A stretch of 64,000 bases of DNA, taken from the NCBI RefSeq assembly GCF_006345805.1, contig NC_042997.1, forward strand, positions 91,574,001-91,638,000, in the 5' to 3' direction. The position numbers were made by a program, and so were the translations under genes. Below the pieces are notes generated by a model, which saw only the letters and a list, made by a program, of their open reading frames with translations, searched no databases and was not told where the DNA came from. This DNA is from Octopus sinensis. Lineage: Eukaryota. This document shows positions 37,253 through 49,914 of this stretch, in pieces. Each line of letters starts with the position of its first letter. Position 1 is the stretch's first letter.

Positions 37253-38315
37253 GTCAGTTTAAAATTCTTAATAATGTACTTCTTAGAAATATCTGGAACA
37301 GATATTAATAAGATGATGTCATATTTGAGTTATCTCTGTGAAAAATTTTGTGGAACTCATATATGGGAAGGTAAATATGTTGATTATTTTCATGGGTTCA
37401 TAGGGCCAGTACTTAATTGTTTTTTTTTTTTTTTTTTTGTAGTATTTAACAAATGTGAGATAAACTATCTCATAGAATGTGTATCACAAGTAACTTTTTA
37501 AGATAACCAAGAAATCAAGCACATAGAATAAAGGACCTACACTAAATGATATGCTACAGAATCCAGAAAACCAGTCTAATGAGCCTATGGTTTTGGAAAA
37601 ACCTTTGATCCTTTTAGAATGATATGGTGTTGGTGCCATGTAAAAAGCATTTAGTACCATATCATTCAACAGTTTTTTGGCTTACCATCTCCGGTCAAAC
37701 TGTCCAACCCATGCTGTGGATAGTGGACATTAAATGGTGATGATGGCAAATAGGACTATGATAATCACGATAATGCTGAGTAATTCTGGCGAATAGTGCT
37801 TGAATGAATTTTCCAGTAGGAAAGTAAATGGCCAAATAATTCATTCAGTTGACATCTCTTGGTGTATGGAGTCAATGTTTATATTGAAACATATTTGTTC
37901 TAAAATTCTGGATCATCATTTTCAAGCAGGCAGAGAATTCAATAGGAGAGATTCAGATGTTTTTGTGAGCCAGTATGGCCAATAAATAACTGCTAACTCA
38001 TTAGTTTCTGATGTTGATCCTGCTGTTTAAACTCGGGTCTGCTCTTATGTAAAAAAAAGATCTATGTAATGATGTATTTCAAGTAACAAATTATTATCAT
38101 TCTTGGTTTAAGATTTAATTTTCTATGTTAGCCTGGGTTGGATGGATGGTGTTTTTCTCCTTCTTTGGACTTTTCCATTTTCCTTTCCAATGAAGAACTA
38201 TGCTCAAAGCATAAAAAAAAACTCTCCTTCTTACCAAGCGTCAAACTAATATGTTTAATGTGCATGTCTTTTTGTTGTTTGTTATTGTTATTTTTAATGC
38301 TTATTTATTTGATTT

Positions 38316-38369
<54 letters not shown>

Positions 38370-38371
<2 letters not shown>

Positions 38372-38829
38372 TGTTAGGAAGGGCATGGCGTTAGGAAGGG
38401 CATCTGGCGTTAGGAAGGGCACCCAGCCATAGAAACACTGCCAGATCTGACTGGGCCTGACGAAGCCTTCCAGCTTCACAGACCCCAGTTGATCCGTCCA
38501 ACCCATGCTAGCATGGAAAGCGGACGCTAAACGATGATGATGATGATGATGATATGTAGTCAAATCAAATAAATGAGCATTATATAGATATATGTATATA
38601 TGTGTATATGTATATATGTATATATGTATATATATGTGTGTATATATATATATACACTCACTTACTACACTCACGGAGTGGTTGGCGTTAGGAAGGGCAT
38701 CCAGCTGTAGAAACATTGCCAAATTAGACTGGAGCCTGGTGCAGCCTTCTGGCTTCCCAGAACCCCGGTCGAACCGTCCAACCCATGCTAGCATGGAGAA
38801 CGGACGTTAAACGACGATGATGATGATGA

Positions 38830-38833
<4 letters not shown>
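38370..38833 (+). mobile_element. Two tandem RTE 3'-tail elements (38370-38553, ~38660-38833) in (TA)n
   Basis: Both end acccatgctagcatgga..cggacg.taaacga.gatgat. Confidence 0.85.
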
Positions 38834-38870
<37 letters not shown>

Positions 38871-38960
38871 GCTCATTTATTTGATTTGACTACATATATA
38901 TATATAGTCAAATCAAATAAATAAGCATTATATAGATATATGTATATATGTGTATATGTA

Positions 38961-39012
<52 letters not shown>

Positions 39013-39309
39013 CATACATACATATATATAAACCCTTTTTCAAGATACCATAAAATCTTTTAGTTTAATATCTGTATGACTGTCCTAATTAGATCACTTC
39101 AAATCAATCCTGTTTTTATATTTTTCAAAGTTGTTTTAGATTTGAATAGTGATAATTTCATAAATTCTACATAGTTTAAAATGTTAGAAAAAAGTAAACC
39201 ATATGAAGATTTCTTTTCCGTGAAACATTCTTTTCTTGTCTTTAAAGATAGTAATATAACTTAGTTTTAATTTAATAAACTAATTGTGAACTCATGTTCT
39301 TATTTACAG

Positions 39310-39527
39310 TTGGCTCGGCTTGAAAAAACTTTCCATCAAGCTGAGAAAGATTTAGAAAAGATCAATCGAGAAGTAGCAGCGCTTGAAGAAAAATTGAATG
39401 AGTTAGCCAAAAATTATGAACATGCTATATATGAGCGACAAAAATTGCAGGAAGAGGCTGATTTGATGGAAAGGCGTCTTATTGCTGCGGACAAACTGAT
39501 ATCAGGTCTTAGTTCTGAAAATGAAAG
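39310..39527 (+). CDS. DNAH10: DNAH10 exon, stalk CC2
   Basis: Acceptor tatttacag; LARLEKTFHQAEKDLEKINRE...MERRLIAADKLISGLSSENE(R); donor gtaaag at 39528, phase 2. Confidence 0.94.
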
Positions 39528-40289
39528 GTAAAGTCTATGTTACTATACAAAAAAATCTGTTTCTTTGTCACTAAGTAAAGTCTGCTTAGCATGGTATTTG
39601 TTTCTAAGTTCTGGAGAAAGTCTATTACAGTAGTAGTCATAGTATCCATATTTTAAATAGCTGGTAAAGTACATGTTACAGTCACATTTATTTTCTTAAA
39701 TGATACAAAATGACTGAAATTATAGGAGTGCTACTTTCTGTGATGGTGAATACAGGTTCTAATATAGTGGTACTTTCCTTTTAGATGATAGTTGAAGTCT
39801 TTTGCCACTCTGCAATGGTATCTGTTTCTTGCATGCTGATAAAAGATTGCATTGGTGTCTGAAATGTGAATATATATAAACAGGGCTCTACATAGTGTAA
39901 AAGATATTTTTCTCCAAGCATACACTTCTACTGACTGGTTCATTTGATGATGAAGGTGATGTTGTTGTCTTTGTCATTTCTGCTGCCACTGCTGTCATCA
40001 TAGTCATTTTATGTTCAGTGTTCCATGTCTGCATGGTTCAGACAGAATTTGTTGAGGCAGATTTTCTATGGTCAGATGTCCTTCCTGTCACCAACTCTCA
40101 CCTTTTTTCAAGCAAGGTAACATTTTTCCAATAGCTAGACATGTATTTTATGGAAGATTGGAAATGGACAGCCTTGCTTGCATGATGATTGCTCACTTAC
40201 GACAATTATGTGATGAGAAGACACGTACACACACAATGATAATAATGATAGTAGTTGTAATAATGATGATGATAATAATAATAATAATA

Positions 40290-40321
<32 letters not shown>

Positions 40322-40848
40322 TAATAATAATAATGATAACAAGAGCACTCAGAGAGTGCAAACCTCCACCAAGTCAACACTAACATCTTCTCAACGATTA
40401 GCCAGAGGTGATTTTTAAAATGAGAATATCTGAAATAAACTCGACTGCTCTCACAAACAAGAATAGTAAAAATGAACCCGACCAAGGCTTTGGTTGGCCT
40501 GGGGCTATAGTAGAAGACACTTGCCAAGGTGTCACACAGTGGGGCTGAACCTGGAACCATGTGGTTGGGAAGCAAGCTTCTTACCACACAGCTGTGCCTA
40601 TACATATATATTCTTTTATTCTTTTACTTGTTTCAGTCATTTGAATGTAGCCATGCTGGAGCACCATCTTAAACGGTGTTAGTCGAAGAAATTGACTCCA
40701 GAACTTATTCTATTGGTCTCTTATGCTGAGCCGCTAAATTATGGGGACATAAACACACCACCATTAGTTGTCAAGCGATGGCAGGGGACAAACACAGACA
40801 CATACACACATGAATATATATATGCATATATATATACATATACATACA

Positions 40849-40907
<59 letters not shown>

Positions 40908-41102
40908 ATATATATAGGGAGAATTCACGAAAAAAACAAAAGACAAAGACAGGTAGTGTAGAAAACAAACAGATGTATTAGCATAATGCTTGGGAATTGA
41001 AAAAGTCTTTAACATTTCGAGCCTGTCCACCAAATCCACTCAAAGTGATCATTCATGACCAAAAGAAGTGTTTACCTTTATATATATATATATATATATA
41101 TA

Positions 41103-41265
41103 TGTTAGGAAGGGCATGGCGTTAGGAAGGGCATCCAGCTGTAGAAACATTGCCAAATTAGACTGGAGCCTGGTGCAGCCTTCTGGCTTCCCAGAACCCC
41201 GGTCGAACCGTCCAACCCATGCTAGCATGGAGAACGGACGTTAAACGACGATGATGATGACGATG
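41103..41265 (+). mobile_element. RTE 3'-tail element
   Basis: Body identical by eye to 38685-38820; preceded by (TA)n. Confidence 0.85.
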
Positions 41266-41312
41266 ATATATATAGTATTCAATATGCAAATAAGGGTGGA
41301 ATATAATTAATT

Positions 41313-41357
<45 letters not shown>

Positions 41358-41568
41358 TACATGACAGGATTCTTTTAGTTTCTTTCTACTAAATATACTC
41401 ACAAAGCTTTGGTTAACCTAGGACTGTAATAGGAGGTGCCACACACTGAGATTTAAGCTCAAGACCATATAATTTGGAAGCAAGCTTCTTAATGAAGCAA
41501 TCAAACCTTTGCCTTTGATGTTTATTTTATTTTATTTGTGAATGACTTCTTTATTTTGTATTTGTTAG

Positions 41569-41790
41569 GTGGGTAAAGGATTTGGAGCTGCTAAAGGAGA
41601 AAGGTATTCGTCTTTTGGGAGATTGCTTGCTGGCAGCTGGATTTCTCAGCTATGTAGGTGCCTTCAGCTGGGAATATCGCAGCGAATTGGTTTATAAGGA
41701 GTGGCTGAATGATTTGACCAGAAGAAATGTTCCACTCAGTACTCCATACAGACTTGAAGATATTCTTACAACTGATGTGGAAATTAGTCG
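41569..41790 (+). CDS. DNAH10: DNAH10 exon, end of stalk
   Basis: Acceptor tttgttag; WVKDLELLKEKGIRLLGDCLLAAGFLSYVGAFSWEYR...ILTTDVEIS(R); donor gtaagt at 41791, phase 2. Confidence 0.95.
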
Positions 41791-43769
41791 GTAAGTGGTT
41801 TTTGCCCAAAGTCTCACTTAACACCAAACTGAAATGGCTTCAATACAATGCAGCAAGTGAAAATAATTGGTGCACTAGAAGTGTGATTGGTCTTTGGGAG
41901 TCTTGTCTGAAATTAGGACTTACCGTACCCTGGTGTAGCGAGTACTATAAATAATAATGCTGTAAAATTATACATTTCTCAGATATCTTGCTGGAAACAT
42001 GATAAAATTTGCTTCCTAAATTGCAAATATGATGTTGAGGTGAAGTTATTGGTTCCATAGTTGCTAAGATAGATTTAAATGAAAGAAACTCACTGAACTA
42101 TTACATTCTTTACTAATTATATGCTTGTTTGTGTATGGAAGATGGGCTGTGAAGTATGTGAAAAAGGTATGATGCTGTATGATGCAGTGAAAGTTCAAGA
42201 GTAAATGTTGCTGATGTGAAGTAAATATAAAGAAACAAGTTGGGTATGATCCTCTGTTTATGGACTATACAGATTAAGTGACTTGAAAAAGTAACTTTAA
42301 AGGTATTAGATGATGTATCTATGTAAGATTATACTAGCTTGAACATTAAATGCTAATAGAGGATGTTTACTGGGTAAAATGTCTTACAAGTAGATGGCAG
42401 AAGATAGCTTTAGAACTTTGAAGAGTACAGATGAAATAATGTGAAATTGAAGTTGAACTACTCTAATATTGTATTACAGACCTGTCTGACAAACACTAGC
42501 ATGTAAAATCAGTTCAAGCAGGTATATACTCAAAGATCTTCCCCTGTGATCTTCATTTATTGTTTTCTTTTAAAAGCCCATGTAGTGACATAGATGTCAC
42601 TACATGGGTGTCCTGGCAAGTATCTGTTTATTGGTCACCTGCTTTTAATGAAGAACTGATCTAGTTGTTACTCTAGACGTTAGAGCCATAAATATGAATG
42701 AATATTTTAAATGGATTAGAAGAGAATACAATCAAATCTAAGAAAGGAATGACCATGTTTGGTGATCACAGTGTTATGTAAATAATTCAATTGTGGATAT
42801 ACCAGAGATATATTGTACTTATAATATTCTAGCCATATCAAAGTTTCTGGTGAACTTGTTGATTCATCGTAAGATGCACACACTAAAACTGTAATTCCTG
42901 TAGCAGTAAAACATAGGCAGATGAGTATAACTAGTAAAAAAAAAAAAAATCAAATCATCAGCATGCATATAAAGTATACTGAATACAATCTATTAATGTG
43001 TAAAGGTTGACACAGATACTGCATGTTCTTTTTATTTGCATTATATTGTCAGCAAAGACTAATCTTTTGATTTGTTTGGCCATTTTCTTGTCAGCAGCAT
43101 CAATTAACTTCCTCCTGACTGCAAATTAAAAGTATAGTTTTATTTTTAATGTTAGAGTACATAGAAGGTACGATAAGTAAAGAGTATTAACTGTCTTAAC
43201 TGATCAATTGAGTGTAGTGGACATTAGTTAATGCTAGAAAGAGAAGTGACTGCAATATGGTGGATATATGATGGGAGAATATATGTAAAAGTTCTACAAA
43301 CTGTTGGTATTTGTACAGGAAATAGACCAGACTGTTAAATGTTAAATAACTCTACACAGTTTTACTTGAGCAGAACAATAGTCAGTGGTAGCCAATCAAC
43401 CAAAACATTCTCTTAGTATTTCCAACTCTGCCCAATCCTCTTATTGCTGGCATTTTAATAGAACTTTTGTTATCCTCCTTACAGAGAGTTTATTGAAAAG
43501 GATTAGGTTGGCATTGAGCAGTTTGGCTGTCTGTTGACTGCATAAAAGATTCCCACTAACTTAGGAACTAGAAATCTTTGGGATATGGTAGTTTGATTAA
43601 GTCTTAAAATTGCAGGTCTTAGTTGTAAATTTAAAAGACAGAGATTGATCAATGTATACTGGTCCTTTTTACAAACACTAGTCACTAAAATAATTGCAAT
43701 GATGAAGATAGTAAGCAATGGGAAAGTTTATGAGAAGTGTGTTTACCAGACACGTTTTCTTTTGACCAG

Positions 43770-43917
43770 TTGGACATCAGAAGGCCTTCCACCAGATGAA
43801 CTATCCATTCAGAATGGTATATTAACAACACGGTCAAGTCGTTTCCCATTATGTATTGACCCACAGCAGCAGGCCCTTAATTGGATCAAGAAAAAGGAAG
43901 AAGGGAAAAACCTCAAA
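43770..43917 (+). CDS. DNAH10: DNAH10 exon, AAA5
   Basis: Acceptor cttttgaccag; [49 protein letters not shown]; donor gtaaga at 43918. Confidence 0.96.
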
Positions 43918-44131
43918 GTAAGAGCTTTCTATTGGACTTATATTTTATGGTTGAGTTTAATGTTATATTTAATAATTAATATAATTTACTCTAACAGAGA
44001 AAAAACAAAACAAAACAATGATAATTCCATTTCATATATCATAACTTGTTTTATAATAACTTATCTAATTGTTTCATTTCCACCTGTTTTCAAAGTTGTA
44101 CTCACTGCATTACTATATTATCATCCATCAG

Positions 44132-44267
44132 GTGTGCACTTTCAATGATTCAGATTTCCTGAAGCAGTTAGAAATGGCTATCAAATATGGTTTTCCTTTC
44201 CTTTTCCAAGACGTTGATGAATATATTGACCCTGTCATTAATAATGTGCTTGAGAAAAACATCAAAG
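44132..44267 (+). CDS. DNAH10: DNAH10 exon, AAA5
   Basis: Acceptor atccatcag; [45 protein letters not shown]; donor gtttgt at 44268, phase 1. Confidence 0.95.
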
Positions 44268-46227
44268 GTTTGTTAAATAATTTTAAAACCCTCAATATTA
44301 TATTACTACTAAGGTGGCAAACTGGGAGAATCGTTAGCACACCTGGCAAAATGCTTAGCAACATTATGTTCGTCATTATGTTTGAATTCAAATTTTGTCA
44401 AGGTTGACTTTGCTTTTTATTCTTTCAGGGGCAATAAAATAAGTTCCAGTTGAGCATTGGAGTTGATATAATCAACTTATACTCTCCCCTGAAATTGCTG
44501 GTCTTGTGCCAAAATTTGAAATATTATATTAACACTGTTTTCTTTTGCAATATTGATATTACAGAGAATATCCTATATTCACGTCCTTGTTGATTCACTT
44601 GTGTCGAATCAGAAATACTTTTCGTATAATTGGGTTTACTCAGAGCTCATAATTATGTCAATAATATTGGCAGAAAATTGAGAGCCTATAGTTCCATGGT
44701 TCAATTCATGTTTAAGTCAATTTGGCCAATCATACCTTTGAGATCCATGGACAATAAGAAAGGGAAGCTATTGTAAGGCAGGATACTTAATTTGACTCTC
44801 TTTTAAAGTTAAACTTGTATGCTCCAAGATGGATTTGAAGATGACTAGAAGAGTGTTCCAGCTAAGGAAAAGGTTTATCTTCATTGTTTGATGTATAAGA
44901 AACAGGCATAAACTCCTCCTTTTTAAGGCTGTCTGTAAAAAAAATTTCACTGCAGAAATATCAAATGAAAGGTTATAGACCATCAGTTTAAATCTTGCAA
45001 TATACTTTATATTGTACCAATAAGACAGACATTTTCATCTATTTATAACAAAAATAAGCATCGTGTCTTATGTTCAGCATTAAAATCTGCAAAAATGACA
45101 ACTAAATTTTTGTTACATCTGATGCTAATACAACTTTAATGTAGCTTAGACATTTGATAGGTTATATCTCTTGGGTCTTTAGTAATGGAAGGCAATGTTT
45201 ACGATACTGGAAGAACATCATCTCCTTCCATCATTCTTCTTGTTCTTTATGTAGTTCAGGATTTCGGCAGGTGAAGCGAAAAGACATCTGCTATTTACAA
45301 CTATTTACAACTGGTTTATTTACAGGAAAGGTGAAGTGTGCTGCTCTCAGCTACCACCGTAAGCTCCAATAGTGTGGGTGCATAGCCACTGGATATAGAC
45401 TGGCAGAAAGCTCTGCCAGTGTTGATGTTCAGCCAATGCTGCTGTGTAATGGCGCCGAAGAAGAAGAGACAGGGCTGAATCGGTTTTTCGTCTACGTTGT
45501 TCCCATCGCGAGCCTCGTTGTGATCTCGCGCATAGCAAATGGATGCAGGTGAGGTCTTGCTCCAGTCTCAGAGATGGCAATGGCTGCCACAAGATCTCAT
45601 CCAATGTGGCGCTGGCTGTTTGTGCCACTACAGGTCTTACAAATGATTGATGATAATAATTCTCACAGGTGGTTGCCAGAACAAAGGGTGAAATAAAAAT
45701 AGAGTGTTTTTTGAAGTTGTTCAATTGCATATATCACAAGTTCTAATTCCTTAGGAAACATTAAGATATGTTTATTGTTAGAAACTAAGTTGATTGAATC
45801 AAACCCAGTTTTCATATTGGTTTTGATTCAATTTATTTCTGTCATAGAAGATCATAGGTGAAATTTGAAAAATCTGCCTCATTGAACTTTATCTTACCTA
45901 TACAAGCATGAAAAAGTGGACATTAAAATGATAATGATTTATTTCTAATTTATTTTAATTGCATTTGGTGAACCAAAGCATCATAGGTTCACTTCATTTC
46001 TAAAAGTGAGAGTGATAAGGAATTGCCTGCGCGGGTGGAGCTGATATCAGATAAGGGATTGTCTGCTCAGGTGGAGCAGATATCACACAGGGTTATTTTA
46101 AATGGTTCATTGTTCTCTCTTCTCACCAGTAGTTACATATTTTTGTTAAAATATATCAGCAAAAGATGCACACACACATTTATATACATTACACACACTC
46201 ACACACACACACTCATATCTATCTGCG

Positions 46228-46811
46228 GCTTTATATAGCTATGGTAAGACCTCACCTGGAATTTGCATCACCGATCTGAAACCCCTATCTTGCCCAGGAT
46301 ATTAATCGTCTGGAAGCCGTTCAGCGACGTGCAACCAAAAAAATACCCTCCATCAGGCATTTGCCATATCCTGAATGCCTTACTTCCCTGGGCATGGACA
46401 CATTGAAACTCCGACGTCTGGCAGCTGACTTGGCAGACACCCATAAAATTATTAACCATCTTACAAACAATAACTCTGAGCACCTTTTCAAACTCCACCC
46501 GTCTAACACCCGTGGACATATTTACAAAGTCAGAAAACAGCACAGCTCCCAAGAGTTGTTGAAGCATGGAACAAACTGCCAGCATCAGTTATTAGTTGTC
46601 GGAGCACTGCATCCTTCAAAACTTCCATGCTTTCTGAGATTCGCCAACACTACACCTGATTTTCTTTTCCTCCATACACACACAAGCATGTATCTAACTC
46701 ATACATTGTTCGCTTTCCAGACATTTGTACATTACTGCATGTACTTTATACGCACTTTCTGACAAGTTGTGGTGCACCTGAGCACTGTATACAATAATTT
46801 CATTATATTAT
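46228..46811 (+). mobile_element. CR1-clade LINE 3' end
   Basis: LYIAMVRPHLEFASPI*NPYLAQDINRLEAVQRRATKKIPSIRHLPYPECLTSLGMDTLKLRR...NTRGH; 3' UTR ending aataatttcattatattat. Confidence 0.88.
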
Positions 46812-47868
46812 ATGTACACACAGACGCAGACAGACACACACACACACACACATACACACACATGCACTTTTGCTCATAAACTATTTCCTCATATGCAGCA
46901 GCAATATCTTCTCACTGCACACTTTAGTTTAATGTGTCTGATGATTATTGTTCAAGTGCGACCACCTTCAAAAGACAATGAGGAGGAGGAGGAGGAGGCT
47001 AATGAGGTAGCTGCTGAACCAAAACCAGCTTCCACAATACCCAACAAGAAGTCTGTCCGGAGACTTCTCCCTAAACCAAAAAAGAAAAAAAAAAAGACGG
47101 GTAAAACTTTTAATTTATGTTCAGTGAACTGTGTTGATCAGCCTAGAACATGTGAAATGTCCAAATCATGGATTTTCACATCATCACAATGCACCGCCTC
47201 ACTGTTTGTGTCACCAGCTTTTCCCAGGAATGGTATTGCATTATGTTGTCACAGTTTGAAGTTTGGCACCTTGGAATGTTTTTATTTTAGATATACAACA
47301 CATTACACTATATATTAAAACACTGGGTAAGTATTTATTTCGAATGGTTACATAAATATGTAAATCGTTGTATTGTTCTGTAAATGGTTGTATTTATTGT
47401 TCTGTGAATAGTTGTCTGTTATGCTTTGGTCACCTGGATATATTCACTTCATGTATTCTAACGTACAAAGAAATATAGACTGGTAAGAGAATATTAAATA
47501 CAACAGTCAGTCTGGACTCTCCTATGAAGGCATACACAATGTTGTTTCACTTCAGTGCATGTGTTGTATAACTGGAAGGTCTAGGACAACCAGTAATTTT
47601 AATACACAGACAGAAACACATGTGCACGCGTGCACACACACACACACACGTATATATGTATGGATATGATGAAAGCTACATAGCTGAAACTGAAATAAAT
47701 GTCAACTTTTCTTTATACAAAATACAATAAATACATTACTCTACTGGAAGGTATTGAGTAATTTTTCAATTTAATGTTTGACTGATTTTTTTATATAACA
47801 ATACTTAAAATCAAATCTTAACATATGCAAAATTATACATCTTTATACATACATACATACATACATAT

Positions 47869-47927
<59 letters not shown>

Positions 47928-47959
47928 GTGTATATATATATATGTATATATATACACAC

Positions 47960-48185
47960 GGCGAGCTGGCAGAATCATTAGCACGCCGGGCGAAATGCTT
48001 AGCAGTATTTCGTCTGCTGCTACGTTCTGAGTTCAAATTCTGCTAAGGTCAACTTTGCCTTTCATCCTTTCGGGGTCGATTAAATAAGTACCAGTTACGC
48101 ACTGGGTTTGATATAATCAACTTAATCCATTTGTCTGTCCTTGTTTGTCCCTTCTGTGTTTAGCCCTTGTGGGTAGTAAAGAAAT
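47960..48185 (+). mobile_element. SINE family A, near full-length copy
   Basis: ggcgagctggcagaatcattagcacgccgggcgaaatgcttagc...gagttcaaattc (B-box-like)...gggtagtaaagaaat; (TA)n on both sides. Confidence 0.85.
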
Positions 48186-48192
48186 TTATATA

Positions 48193-48248
<56 letters not shown>

Positions 48249-48295
48249 TATGTATATACATGTATATGTGTGTGTGTATATATATATATACATAC

Positions 48296-49060
48296 TGGGT
48301 GTGGTGAATAAATTATCATCTAAATTATGCAAAAATGAAAATAACACTGACATCTCATTTTAACAGATATATTTACCAAAATTACATAAAAATATATAGA
48401 AATACTAAAGAGTAAATTGAATCAATAAAATCGCCATTGGCTTCAACTACAACCTCAGACAACTTCGGAATCTCCTGCAACTCTTCTGGACAATCTCCTT
48501 GTTTAAGATGGTGAATGCTGCCATAATCCTTAGCTTCAGTTCATCTTTGGTGTTACAAGGAATTTTGGTGGTCTCATGCTCAACTGCACCCCACACATAA
48601 TAATCAAGGGGGTTGCAATCTGGGGAGTTAGGTGGCCAGATGTTAGAGGGTAATGTGGTTGCAGAAACTGTCTGACAGCCATGACTGTGACTGGGTTCTC
48701 CTACTTGTGTGGCATGGTGCAGAATTCTCTTGCCAGACATAGGGTCTTCCAGTAGCCACCCTCTTGATCTAGGGCAGCACTACCTCCTCCAGGCACTTGA
48801 TGTAGGTCTCTGTGTTGAGTCTGAGGTCGTGTGGGAAGATGAATGGATACATAATGTTGCCATTGCTAGTGATCACTTCAAACACCATGAGGTTGATTTT
48901 TATTACTCTCGGCATGATTTTTATCACGTCCAGTGCAATTTTATCACTTCTGGTACGATCTTTATCACTTCCTGTGTGAATGCCAAGCAGTACAGCATGT
49001 CATTCCCAAATTTCTGGCAGAGTGAATTGCATCATGGTGCTTTTTTTCCACAGATGGTGT
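48296..49060 (-). mobile_element. Tc1/mariner (maT/DD37D-like) transposase C-terminal fragment
   Basis: Minus strand: MVFEVITSNGNIMYPFIF...YIKCLEEVVLP*...YVWQENSAPCH, then IWPPNSPDCNPLDYYVWGAVE...CRRFRSCL; frameshifted. Confidence 0.85.
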
Positions 49061-49071
49061 ATATTTATATT

Positions 49072-49109
<38 letters not shown>

Positions 49110-49191
49110 TGCCCACACACTCGTACATACATGCATGCATTTATCCATCCATACATACATGCATTCATACATACATACATACATACATACA

Positions 49192-49225
<34 letters not shown>

Positions 49226-49632
49226 CATACATGCATTCGTATATAGTGAATGCACATGTCCTAGTGGTTAGGGTGTTGCACCCATGAATGTGAGATTATG
49301 GGCTCAATTCCTAGACTGAGTAGTCTGTTGCATTCTTGAGCAAATTACTTCATCTCTTATTACTCTGCAATCATTTCAACATCTGATATGTGATACTCTG
49401 TGCACTTGTACATGCAATGTTGATTTGATGGAGGGAGTGAGCTTATGTGCAGCACAGACATTTGATCTCTATACACAAATCCTCTGTGTTGGTCATTTAA
49501 CAAGAAATTGCAGGACCATCTTTCTTGGACTCAAGAGACTACCATTAACACACACATACATGTACACACACACATACATACATACATACATACATACATA
49601 CATACATACAAAGACAAGTGAAGGAACAACAA

Positions 49633-49827
49633 GCAGGCTCCTGTGCCGGTGGCACATAAAAAGCACCCATTACACCCTTGGAGTGGTTGGCATTTGGAAA
49701 TGCATCCAGCTGTAGAAACTTTGCCAGATCAGATTGGAGCCTGGTGCAGCCGCTGGCTCTCCAAACCTCAATCAAACTGTCCAACCCATACCAGCATGGA
49801 AAACGGACGTTAATCGATGATGATGAT
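49633..49827 (+). mobile_element. RTE 3'-tail element
   Basis: ggctcctgtgccggtggcacataaaaagcaccc...aacccataccagcatggaaaacggacgttaatcgatgatgat. Confidence 0.8.
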
Positions 49828-49914
49828 AAATATATGATTATATATATACATATGTATGTATATGATGCTGCTGCTGCTGATATGTATACATATATATATA
49901 TATATATATATATA

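Noticed and set aside
38175-38215. Hammerhead-ribozyme-like remnant (ccaatgaagaactatgctcaaagc; also 29110-29200 and 41015-41030 minus)
   Set aside because: Penelope-associated repeats can carry minimal hammerheads, but the CUGANGA/GAAA cores are mutated or truncated here and no complete fold can be drawn.
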